From Candidatus Thorarchaeota archaeon (GTDB lineage Archaea; Asgardarchaeota; Thorarchaeia; Thorarchaeales; Thorarchaeaceae), in NCBI GenBank assembly GCA_038893995.1, contig JAWAQK010000031.1, positions 1 through 28,592 of the forward strand: a DNA stretch of 28,592 nucleotides, written 5' to 3'. Positions 1-8,232 of this stretch are shown here, piece by piece. The translations under genes were made by a program, and so were the position numbers. The notes beneath the pieces are model-generated. The model made no database searches and was not told the DNA's origin. It saw nothing but the letters and a program-made list of their open reading frames with translations. Each line of letters opens with the position of its first letter. Positions within the stretch are counted from its first letter, which is position 1.

Positions 1-35
1 ACTAGCCCGTAGATGTAGGGCCCAATACCTGGTAT

Positions 36-225
36 GTTTCAATCCCCTCAATCTGGGATCTGCTTCTGCAACATGAGCACATGCGCGACAGAACATCGAT
101 AGAGATGCTCAAGTTTCAATCCCCTCAATCTGGGATCTGCTTCTGCAACATATCACAGGAAAGGAACTACTCTCTGAGGTGGTGAGACGTTTCAATCCCC
201 TCAATCTGGGATCTGCTTCTGCAAC
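36..225 (-). CRISPR. CRISPR array, leader-proximal end (truncated at the window start): 3 identical 37-bp repeats, 2 full spacers and 1 partial spacer (1-35)
   Basis: GTTTCAATCCCCTCAATCTGGGATCTGCTTCTGCAAC occurs at 36-72, 113-149 and 189-225, with unique spacers of 40 bp (73-112) and 39 bp (150-188). The reverse complement (GTTGCAGAAGCAGATCCCAGATTGAGGGGATTGAAAC) ends in ATTGAAAC, the typical 3' end of Cas6-processed class 1 repeats, and contains an ATCCC/GGGAT stem. The - strand is therefore inferred as the transcribed strand. Confidence 0.97.
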
Positions 226-400
226 CCGGCCGATTTTTCCTGCTCTCGTCATACGGAGCAAGCATATATCTCCTTTTCGGGTCGCCGCGAGGAGTAGGCA
301 GTTTTGCATCGCCCCTTATAAAGCACTCCACGGTTTATATACCCCTGTGAAACTGCTTGGGGATCTGATTGGCGCGAAAGCGCACCGGGATGAGTCGCCC
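226..400 (-). promoter_or_regulatory. Putative CRISPR leader with TATA-like boxes
   Basis: Non-coding stretch next to an intact repeat, on the side predicted to be 5'. TATA-like elements at 316-322 (TTTATAA on -) and 334-341 (TATATAAA on -). The outer boundary is approximate. Confidence 0.7.
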
Positions 401-493
401 ACGGTCCGCCATCCTCGTGAGGGACGACCGGCAAACGTGGTGTCAGAAATGACTGGCCCTACACACTAGTACTACTGTCGTAGAGAGGCCCGG

Positions 494-1735
494 CTAGGAA
501 CCAAACTTTCCGGTATGCCCAGAATACCCCAGGAGAAGTGGCAGCACATCTGTGCCTCGTATTGTATGTAGTGCGCCCGCAGCAGCGTCTATCTCGGAGA
601 AGCACATGACGGAATCAGGTCTGATGAACCTACTCCACAGGACAATGGGTACCGGGTCACAGGTGTGCTCGCCGACCGTCACTGGAGAGGAATGGTCCCC
701 CGTGACTGCAAGAACAATCCTGTCACCGACACGCTCTACTATCCTGCCCAGCATCTCATCAGTCCTCTCGATGGCCAAGATCTTCTCCCGGGCGTTGTGG
801 TCGTGACTGGCGTTGTCGGTCGCCTTGATGTGAACAAAGACAAAGTCATATCCACTCTCAATGGCCTGGATCGTCCTTTCTGCAATTCCGTCGAAGTTCG
901 TATCGATCGTACCGGTCTGACCAGGCACGGGTAGGTGCTCCATCCCCACATACTTCGCGGTACCGATGTACAGGGCACCTCCGGCAATGACTGCGGCCCG
1001 GATGTCATGTCGTTGCCTAAGAGTTGGTATGTCGCGATGCTGGCCTGGACCTCGAAGCAATAGGACGTTGGCTGGGGATACGCCCCGCTCCCTCCTCTTG
1101 ACATTCACATCGAGATCGTCGAGCACCTCGTGACTCATGCGGACCAATCTGTTGACAACATCAGCGGTCTTCCGAGCAGATGGGTCCATCGGCATGCAGT
1201 CCAGTATTCTTTTCCCCTCTGCATGTGGATCCACGTCGGTAACGCGGTCTGATAGTCCAGGTCCCTCAAGCACCAGAGCACCCCTGTGCTCAACAGTGTG
1301 GACAAAGTGAACGGTAATATCGTCGATCCGAAGCCCATCGATCGCCCTCTGCAGGGCAAGTCCCTCGTCTCTTGTAAACTCCCTTCCTGCTCTCCGGTCA
1401 ACAACAACTAGGTCGTCATCGACCGTGGCGAAGTTCGAGCGAAATGCGACGTCACCGGGTCTGGACGGCAGGCCGGCACCGAGCGCCTCGAGGGGACCTC
1501 TGCCCGGATAGAATGTGTACGGATCATATCCGAATAACGCAAGGTGGGCGGTATCACTCCCAGGAGTCACCCCTGGGGAGATGACGTACATCAGACCGTT
1601 CTGTCCTTCTCTGGCAAGTCGGTCAAGGTTAGGTTTCCTGGCTGCCTGAAATGGTGTACGCCCACCAAGCTCTGGCACAGGCCGGTCTCCAGCACCATCA
1701 AGCACGACAAGGACAGCAACTAGGCGACTTGTCAA
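494..1735 (-). CDS. apgM: 2,3-bisphosphoglycerate-independent phosphoglycerate mutase, archaeal type
   Basis: Motifs LDGAGD, TPGSDTAHLALFGY (phospho-Ser), GRGPLEALG, HIKATDNASHD and TGDHSSP. Start placed at TTG 1735, which overlaps the eno stop as TTGA. The ORF track starts at 1786, and ATG 1753 is also possible. Confidence 0.93.
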   Translation of the reverse strand: MTSRLVAVLVVLDGAGDRPVPELGGRTPFQAARKPNLDRLAREGQNGLMYVISPGVTPGSDTAHLALFGYDPYTFYPGRGPLEALGAGLPSRPGDVAFRSNFATVDDDLVVVDRRAGREFTRDEGLALQRAIDGLRIDDITVHFVHTVEHRGALVLEGPGLSDRVTDVDPHAEGKRILDCMPMDPSARKTADVVNRLVRMSHEVLDDLDVNVKRRERGVSPANVLLLRGPGQHRDIPTLRQRHDIRAAVIAGGALYIGTAKYVGMEHLPVPGQTGTIDTNFDGIAERTIQAIESGYDFVFVHIKATDNASHDHNAREKILAIERTDEMLGRIVERVGDRIVLAVTGDHSSPVTVGEHTCDPVPIVLWSRFIRPDSVMCFSEIDAAAGALHTIRGTDVLPLLLGYSGHTGKFGS

Positions 1736-3045
1736 CCCAGAGTATCCCTCCATGCGTTCCTGAAGTTGCGACCCGGATACTCGCATCGACCCTCCAGTAG
1801 ATGGTGAATCTCCATCAGTCTGTTGTACTTCTCGACTCGATCGCTCCTTGCAGGGCCGCCGGTCTTTATCTGACCACAGCCAAGTGCTACCGCCAGGTCT
1901 GCAATAAACGAGTCGCCGGTCTCGCCGCTTCGATGGCTGACGACAACCCCCCAGCCGCCATCATATGCTATCTGAGCAGCATCAAGTGCCTCTGAGAGCG
2001 TGCCTATCTGATTGAGCTTCAATAGGAGCGCATTCCCTGCCTTCTCACTGATGGCTCTCCGCACGATCTGGGGGTTGGACACTGTTATGTCATCGGTCAC
2101 CACCTGCGCGTGGGATCTACGGGCAAACTCAGCAAAGTCGGCAAATGCATCTTCATGGAACGGGTCCTCAAATGTGGCGATCGGATAGGAACCCTCCAGG
2201 TCCAGATAGAATTCCGTCAACTCAGCAGCGCTCATCGTGCGGCCATCCAGAGAATAGACACCGTTGCTGTAGAAGTTGGTTGCCGCAGAATCAAGACCGA
2301 GGAGTACGTCCTTCCCGGGCGAGTATCCCGCTTCCTCGATTGCCCTGACTATGGCGTCCAGGGCGTCAGCAGTAGATTGAAGGCCGTAACCGCAATATCC
2401 TCCCTCGTCACCGACATGCCTTGCCATGCGACCATATTTGGAAACCATGCCCTTGCCCAGCGTGTGGTAGACCTCACTCAGGCATCTCACGGCCTCGAGG
2501 ATGTCCCTCGCTCCAACTGGTAGTATCATGAACTCCTGGACTGCGAGATTATTCCCCGCGTGCATCCCACCGTTTATCACATTGGACATGGGTACGGGTT
2601 GTAGATAACGTGGCCTGCGGCCGAGTACCTCGCCGCGGATATACTCAAAGAGCTCCATGCCCCTGTGCCTGGCTGCCGCCACTGCAGTTGCCATTGACAC
2701 CGAGAGTATCGCATTGGCACCCAGTTTAGACTTACTCGGTGTTGAGTCTAGTAAAACGAGCTTCTCATCAATGTCGCCCTGCGACAGCGGATTGACCTGC
2801 AGAAGTTCCTTTGCTATCACCGAATTGACATTGTCCACTGCCCTGAGTACGCCCTTCCCTCCGTATCTTGTCCCCCCATCTCTCAGCTCGAGGGCCTCCT
2901 TGGTTCCTGTTGATGCTCCGCTGGGGACCCTTGCGATGCCGACACTACCATCCGACAGAACGACGCGAGTCATTATGGTCGGGTTTCCTCTCGAGTCCAA
3001 GATCTCGATTGCTCCAATGCGCTTGAAATTGACCACGGTACTCAC
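1732..3045 (-). CDS. eno: Enolase (phosphopyruvate hydratase)
   Basis: Motifs EILDSRGNPT, VPSGASTG, NVINGGMHA, QEFMI, VGDEGG, FEDPF, LLKLNQIGTLSE, SHRSGET, QIKTG and RSDRVEKYNRL. Start uncertain (GTG at 3075, 3045 or 3036). Confidence 0.97.
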   Translation of the reverse strand: MSTVVNFKRIGAIEILDSRGNPTIMTRVVLSDGSVGIARVPSGASTGTKEALELRDGGTRYGGKGVLRAVDNVNSVIAKELLQVNPLSQGDIDEKLVLLDSTPSKSKLGANAILSVSMATAVAAARHRGMELFEYIRGEVLGRRPRYLQPVPMSNVINGGMHAGNNLAVQEFMILPVGARDILEAVRCLSEVYHTLGKGMVSKYGRMARHVGDEGGYCGYGLQSTADALDAIVRAIEEAGYSPGKDVLLGLDSAATNFYSNGVYSLDGRTMSAAELTEFYLDLEGSYPIATFEDPFHEDAFADFAEFARRSHAQVVTDDITVSNPQIVRRAISEKAGNALLLKLNQIGTLSEALDAAQIAYDGGWGVVVSHRSGETGDSFIADLAVALGCGQIKTGGPARSDRVEKYNRLMEIHHLLEGRCEYPGRNFRNAWRDTLG

Positions 3046-3257
3046 TCTCGATGTTATCTCGACACTTTCTCGCACAGAGGTCAGATTTATGCTGTTCCAT
3101 CAAGACACACTGAGTGAAGAGTCGTCCAGGCGCGGTCAGATGTCAACCACGGGAAGACCGTCCTTCCCGCGAATGGACCACGGAGTCTGAGAGAAGACGG
3201 GGCAAATCGCTAATAGGGTCCGCGCCAGGGAGTCTCGTGGGGACGGACTTGAAGCAC

Positions 3258-4742
3258 ATGGATAAGACTAGGTCGAAGATAGTCTGCACGATAGGTCCCG
3301 CATCCAAGAGCAGAGACGTGATAGCTGGGATGATCGAGGCAGGCATGGATGTGGCCAGGATAAACATGTCACACGAGAGCCATGCTAGTGCCCGCGCCAC
3401 ATTCGCCACCATAAGAGAGATTGACGACACCATTCCGATCATGATGGATCTTCAGGGACCCAAGATCCGCATTGGAGAGATGAGGGAGCCGGTAGTCCTC
3501 AGGAAGGGGCAGCAGTTCACACTGTCAGCGGATGACTTCGTCGGCGATGATACACGTGTGTCAGTGTCGTATAAGGAGCTCCCCCAGGATGTGAAACCGG
3601 GTGACGAGATTGCACTCAACGACGGCATTGTCAGGCTTAGAGTTGTTGCAGTCAGAGGCTGTGATATTGTCACAGAAGTGATGCATGGTGGCCCCATCTC
3701 TAGCAGGAAGGGGGTCAATGTGCCGGGAATTGCACTATCGTGTCACACCCCTAGCGAGAAGGACCTGCGAGACCTCGACCTTGCGGCCGAACTCGAGCCA
3801 GACCTGATAGCGCTGTCATTTGTGGTGGATGCCTGCGATGTGCGCAATGTCAAGGAGATAATCGCAGCCAACGGTCCACACGACGCGGGAATAATCTGCA
3901 AGATTGAACACAGACTGGCCATCGATAACTATGACTCAATACTCGATGAGTGCTATGGAGTCATGATAGCGCGGGGAGACCTTGGAATCGAGATCCCAAT
4001 CGAGCGTGTGCCGATCATCCAGAGAGATCTCATAAGGCGCGCAAACATGTGGGCAAGGCCAACAATAGTGGCCACACACATGCTCGAATCGATGACCCAC
4101 GAGACAATACCCACTCGGGCCGAGGTCAGCGATGTTGCTCATGCAATATTTGACAGGGCTGATGCAGTGATGTTGAGTGGCGAGACCGCTTCTGGTCACG
4201 ATCCGGTAGCAGCAGTAGAGATGATGAACCGAATTGTGTCCCTCGCCGAGAAGAGAATCACACCAGTCAACCCGGTCGATATCACATCTCCCAAGAAGAT
4301 GATAGTGGAGGTGATTGCCAACCTCGCCTACAGTGTCGTGACCCTTCTTCCGGACAAGATAGAGGCAATAATCACGGCGACCCGCAGTGGCTTCACAGCA
4401 CGATGGATATCGAAGTTCAGACCGAACTGCCCCATCTATGCAGTCACTCGAAATCCTTCGGTGATGAGGAAGATGAGACTTCTCTGGGGCGTGTTCCCTG
4501 TGGACTACTCGTACGACCAAGAGAATGTCGACGATCTCATCAGAGAGTCTGTCCGTGCAGTATACGAGAGAGGACTAGTTGGTATCGAGTCTGACATCGT
4601 CTTCACATCAGGAGTGAGGCATATCCCAGGCAGGACCAATCTTGTAGGAGTGTTCCATGTCCGAGACCTGGTCGGACTCTCAACATCTGGCGCTTCATCA
4701 GTACACAGGACGGACGCAACTGGTTCAAAGCAGGATGACTGA
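3258..4742 (+). CDS. pyk: Pyruvate kinase (K+-independent-type signature)
   Basis: Motifs KIVCTIGPAS, ARINMSH, DLQGPKIR, KGVNVPG, MIARGDLGIE, PTRAEVSD, DAVMLSGETA and TRSGFTA. The homologous part starts at ATG 3258; the 48 upstream codons in the ORF track look spurious. Confidence 0.97.
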   Translation: MDKTRSKIVCTIGPASKSRDVIAGMIEAGMDVARINMSHESHASARATFATIREIDDTIPIMMDLQGPKIRIGEMREPVVLRKGQQFTLSADDFVGDDTRVSVSYKELPQDVKPGDEIALNDGIVRLRVVAVRGCDIVTEVMHGGPISSRKGVNVPGIALSCHTPSEKDLRDLDLAAELEPDLIALSFVVDACDVRNVKEIIAANGPHDAGIICKIEHRLAIDNYDSILDECYGVMIARGDLGIEIPIERVPIIQRDLIRRANMWARPTIVATHMLESMTHETIPTRAEVSDVAHAIFDRADAVMLSGETASGHDPVAAVEMMNRIVSLAEKRITPVNPVDITSPKKMIVEVIANLAYSVVTLLPDKIEAIITATRSGFTARWISKFRPNCPIYAVTRNPSVMRKMRLLWGVFPVDYSYDQENVDDLIRESVRAVYERGLVGIESDIVFTSGVRHIPGRTNLVGVFHVRDLVGLSTSGASSVHRTDATGSKQDD

Positions 4743-5055
4743 CCTGAGTCACATGGTCGTATCAAGTACATGTCGCTGAAGACGACCTGATGCATCGATC
4801 TGGAATCGCTCGGCTCAATCATTCAGGTGTCCATGGGAGATTCAACGGGTGACTGTCACGGTCAAAGTGGACAAATGGTGTGCTACCCATGTCGAATGAA
4901 GTCGTATTGAGAAAGCATATTAGACAAAATCAGATATAAGTCCACCCGGACTGATTTACAAGTCACGATGCAAAGGGAACAGTTCGGGTCTGCCGTTTCT
5001 GAGGTGAAAGGGTGCGATATCCCACTTGGCACCTTCATGTCAGAGGGAAGATGTA

Positions 5056-6273
5056 TTGGTTTCAAGAAGATTGAGGAAGAAGAGAAGGACCATCAGGTTT
5101 GAGCCCATTTCGGTGAGAGAGCTGCTGACCAACATGAAGACCTACTCTGATCTGATGTTGGACCTGTCCTACTCCGCACTGCTATTCTCAGATGAGGAAC
5201 TCATAGAGTGGGTCATGGAGCTCGAGGAACAGGTCGATCAGTTTGGGTACCAGCTACTGATGACACTATCATTGGCTGTTCGAGACAGAGAGGATGCAGA
5301 GGCCGCAGTAGGCCTGTTTCGAGTGGCCTCATCAGCCAACAGGATATCGGACGCGGCCGCAGATATTGCAGAGCTCGTCCACAAAGGAAGTCCTGTTGAC
5401 CCGCTCATAAGGAGCGCATTCGATTACGTCGAAGAACACCTTGTAAGGGTCAAGGTCATTCCTGGATCAGCCGTGGAGGGCAAGACTATCGACTACATAT
5501 GGGAGGAACTTGGAGCAAACACAGACGTCATAGCCATCAGGAGGGGATCGAGCTGGACTGTCAACCCAAGGGCCGAGTCGCAGCTCCTGTCAGGAGACAT
5601 TGTTTTTGTTAGGGGATCCGAGAAGGAAACGTCGATGTTTGTGGAGCTGGCAACCGGCGAGAAGCCTGCCCAGCCGCCCACAGGCGAAACTGAGAGGCCG
5701 AGACACACACTCGCCCAGGCGATACTCAATTTGAAGGAGACATCAGAGTTCATGGTCTCTCTTGCCTACGCCGCCGTGACTTACCAGGATTCAGACCTGG
5801 CACAAGAAGTCGAGGATCTCGAATACAAGTTTGACGAGGACTGCGACAGAGTGCTGAAGGAGGTCATGTCCCTCGAGGATCTAGATGTCAACCGGAAGTG
5901 GACACTGACTGGTGTAGTATTCGCTGCAGAGGAGATCGCAGATGCAGCATGGGAGATGGCTCAGGTGCAGCTTCGTGGGCTACCAACTCACGAAGTGATG
6001 CGCTCGGTGATGCAAGAGGCAGACGACATAGTGGCCAGACTCCAGGTCAGACCAGGGTCAAGACTTGTAGGCAAGACACTGGACGAGCTTGCGCTGGACG
6101 ACGAACATGGCATATATGTCCAGTCCGTGAAGAGAGATGGTAAGTGGATACACAGACCCAAGGGGAAGATGCAGCTGAAGACAGGGGATGTCCTGATAGT
6201 GGACGGGTACAGGAAGGGGCTAGACGAAGTGCGTGCGATGGCTTGTCCCAGGATGGAACAGGAGTGTCAGTGA
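5056..6273 (+). CDS. Tandem PhoU + TrkA_C (RCK_C) domain protein, putative ion-transport regulator
   Basis: Two homologous halves (MKTYSDLMLDLSYSALL / LKETSEFMVSLAYAAVT; RISDAAADIA / EIADAAWEMA), each followed by a TrkA_C-like unit (VIPGSAVEGKTI...IAIRRG...LLSGDIVFVRG / VRPGSRLVGKTL...SVKRDG...LKTGDVLIVDG). TTG start at 5056 follows GAGGGAAG. Confidence 0.85.
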   Translation: MVSRRLRKKRRTIRFEPISVRELLTNMKTYSDLMLDLSYSALLFSDEELIEWVMELEEQVDQFGYQLLMTLSLAVRDREDAEAAVGLFRVASSANRISDAAADIAELVHKGSPVDPLIRSAFDYVEEHLVRVKVIPGSAVEGKTIDYIWEELGANTDVIAIRRGSSWTVNPRAESQLLSGDIVFVRGSEKETSMFVELATGEKPAQPPTGETERPRHTLAQAILNLKETSEFMVSLAYAAVTYQDSDLAQEVEDLEYKFDEDCDRVLKEVMSLEDLDVNRKWTLTGVVFAAEEIADAAWEMAQVQLRGLPTHEVMRSVMQEADDIVARLQVRPGSRLVGKTLDELALDDEHGIYVQSVKRDGKWIHRPKGKMQLKTGDVLIVDGYRKGLDEVRAMACPRMEQECQ

Positions 6274-6399
6274 GCCCTGCCACCATGCTGGTCTGCACCG
6301 AAAGGACCGTATCGGCAGTAAAGTGAAGGCACATACACGATCGGGCTGGACTGAGGCCAGTTTGACGAAGTGGAGGGTCTTCGTCAACGACCCGCTCGG

Positions 6400-7611
6400 T
6401 CACCGCATGACCATGACTGCGACGAACAGACTCATTGATGTCAATGCATCGGCAAGTGTACTCTCGATGGGGATGACGAAGTTATCGGGATCCCAGCCGC
6501 GTCTGAACGTACCCACTGCCAGAGTCAGGGAGATCAAGACGCACAGGGATACAGCCATGACGTTGGTCAGCAGCACCCTCCCCAGAGTCGTCCACCCCTG
6601 AGCCAAGACATGGCGACCAAAGGCAACCATCGACAAGAGGGCATAGAGAATAAAGAGGGTAATAGAGGCACCCCATGCCCCGGCAATGTTGGGAAACTGA
6701 TCTCTGAAAATGCGGCGGGACAGACTTGCCGTACCGAGGTTCAGTCTTGTTGTGGCAGTGGAACCAACGATCGAACCAACGTCTCCAACAGTATCGATCA
6801 GAGCCGGGTATATCATGTAAATTACAGGGTCGTTGGCGATGAACTGACTGATCCTGTCAAGGGCTGAACCGGAGATATTGACGAAAAGGGCAATGGTGGG
6901 AAGAACAATCATGGTTTCACGGAGTGTTTCCATCATGTCGGGTTCGTGACGGTCAACCCAGAACAGAGAGGATGACACCACTACAAAGACTAGCGCGATG
7001 GCGGCATAGACAATCGATGACCACGGTTGTTCAGTACCCATGATAACAACTACATAGATGCTTGTGACCATGATGTCTGCCACCGTTGAGATGATCGGGT
7101 ACGTGACTACATCGGGGTCGAAACCTCTTCTGACCGAGGCTATTGAAACGATGGCAGTGGCCGGGGAAACCACTAGCGTGGACAGACCAAGAGTGACCAT
7201 TATCACGAGCAACATGCTGAGTGCGTCGCTCAGCGAGAGATCAAACAATACATATCCGAATCCGTATGCAAAGAGCCACAGTACAATACCCATGGCGAGT
7301 GTGAGTACTGTCGTGGCGTCGTAGAGCAATCGCAGATGACCATTGTTGCCCCTCAGGGAGGGCCGTATTGTCCCAATATGAAGCGCTGTGGATATGCGAC
7401 CACTGAACAGGCCTCCAATGGCCCCCCGAACGCTGATTATGGATGGGAAGAGAAAGAGACCCCAGGGGACCGCTGCGACGGCCTCAATACTGGATGCCAG
7501 AATGAAGCCTGCCAAGAGACCCGCAAAGTTGAACGACAATGATGATACTGAGCTTACATACTGGCCTCCTGCCTGCCGCAGGACCCTTCGAGAGAGTTTC
7601 ATCTTCCTCAC
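6400..7611 (-). CDS. MgtE/SLC41-family divalent cation (Mg2+) transporter with two MgtE membrane domains
   Basis: Highly hydrophobic, with two copies of the MgtE motif (GFDPDVVTYPIISTVAD, GWDPDNFVIPIESTLAD) and two P-x6-G motifs (PSIISVRG, PALIDTVG). Confidence 0.88.
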   Translation of the reverse strand: MRKMKLSRRVLRQAGGQYVSSVSSLSFNFAGLLAGFILASSIEAVAAVPWGLFLFPSIISVRGAIGGLFSGRISTALHIGTIRPSLRGNNGHLRLLYDATTVLTLAMGIVLWLFAYGFGYVLFDLSLSDALSMLLVIMVTLGLSTLVVSPATAIVSIASVRRGFDPDVVTYPIISTVADIMVTSIYVVVIMGTEQPWSSIVYAAIALVFVVVSSSLFWVDRHEPDMMETLRETMIVLPTIALFVNISGSALDRISQFIANDPVIYMIYPALIDTVGDVGSIVGSTATTRLNLGTASLSRRIFRDQFPNIAGAWGASITLFILYALLSMVAFGRHVLAQGWTTLGRVLLTNVMAVSLCVLISLTLAVGTFRRGWDPDNFVIPIESTLADALTSMSLFVAVMVMR

Positions 7612-8232
7612 ATCCTGTCATCATTTCCACCTCGTGCAGATGCATCTGGTCTAGCTAATTCAGAGATGGAACCTGCCCAACGTGCAGAGACATGACACAT
7701 CAGTGTGGGTATGACGCTCAAGGTATTGAGGACTGGCAGGCACCAGACCGGCTTCCAGGCCAGTGTGCACGTACTGTCTGGACGTGGCCCCTTGCTGGCG
7801 CTTATATTCTTGTCGCATGCATGATTGAACCTGCAGACGGCAAGACTATGCGCGTAGTTTGAGGAACCTCTCACCATTGGCGGAAACATCCCCGTATCAA
7901 TTGCAATGCGCAACAGACTCCGGAATTCTGTGCTGAAGATGTGCCAGGATTCCTGGTGAGAGTGAGGGCTGGCTATGATGATACGCGGTGCGCACTCATG
8001 AGGCCGTGTTTACCAGCCCACCGTGACTGCACTCAACCCAAGTCTGAACATGGCACAGGCTGTAGCCGTACTCCCAATGCATCCAACATTGGTCACAGAC
8101 ATATACGATCCACCCGCAACGCTTCTCAAGAGTTGTTTCTGACAAGTTTCAAGTGAACTTCACAATCACAAATGATATAGTACGAGCCGGAACCAAACAC
8201 GAGAACCTGGAATGTCAAGCATGTGCAAGGGA

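Noticed and set aside
73-188. Self-targeting of spacers within the window
   Set aside because: By eye, only 8-9 nt matches were found (e.g. ATGAGCACA near 23088, ATATCACA near 25910), as expected by chance.
354-371. GGGATCTG in the leader matching part of the repeat (possible degenerate repeat or anti-repeat)
   Set aside because: Only 8 exact bases match, in the same orientation as the repeats and off the array period. This is insufficient for a tracrRNA-like call.
109-469. ORFs 109-309 (-), 179-469 (+) and 249-434 (-)
   Set aside because: They run through CRISPR repeats and the leader and show no protein motifs.
455-490. Weak hairpin GGCC-CTAC...GTAG-GGCC downstream of apgM as a terminator
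   Set aside because: Short interrupted stem with no oligo-T tract on the - strand.
3114-3257. N-terminal extensions in the ORF track (pyk here; likewise the flippase 14855-15052, GT-C 17220-17561 and hypC 19089-19160)
   Set aside because: They lie upstream of where family homology starts, have non-protein-like composition, or overlap another gene. HypC needs Cys at position 2.
7815-7900. T-arm-like GCAGGTTCAATCATGC on the - strand (possible tRNA)
   Set aside because: The loop is too short, the stem is mismatched, and there is no acceptor, D or anticodon arm.
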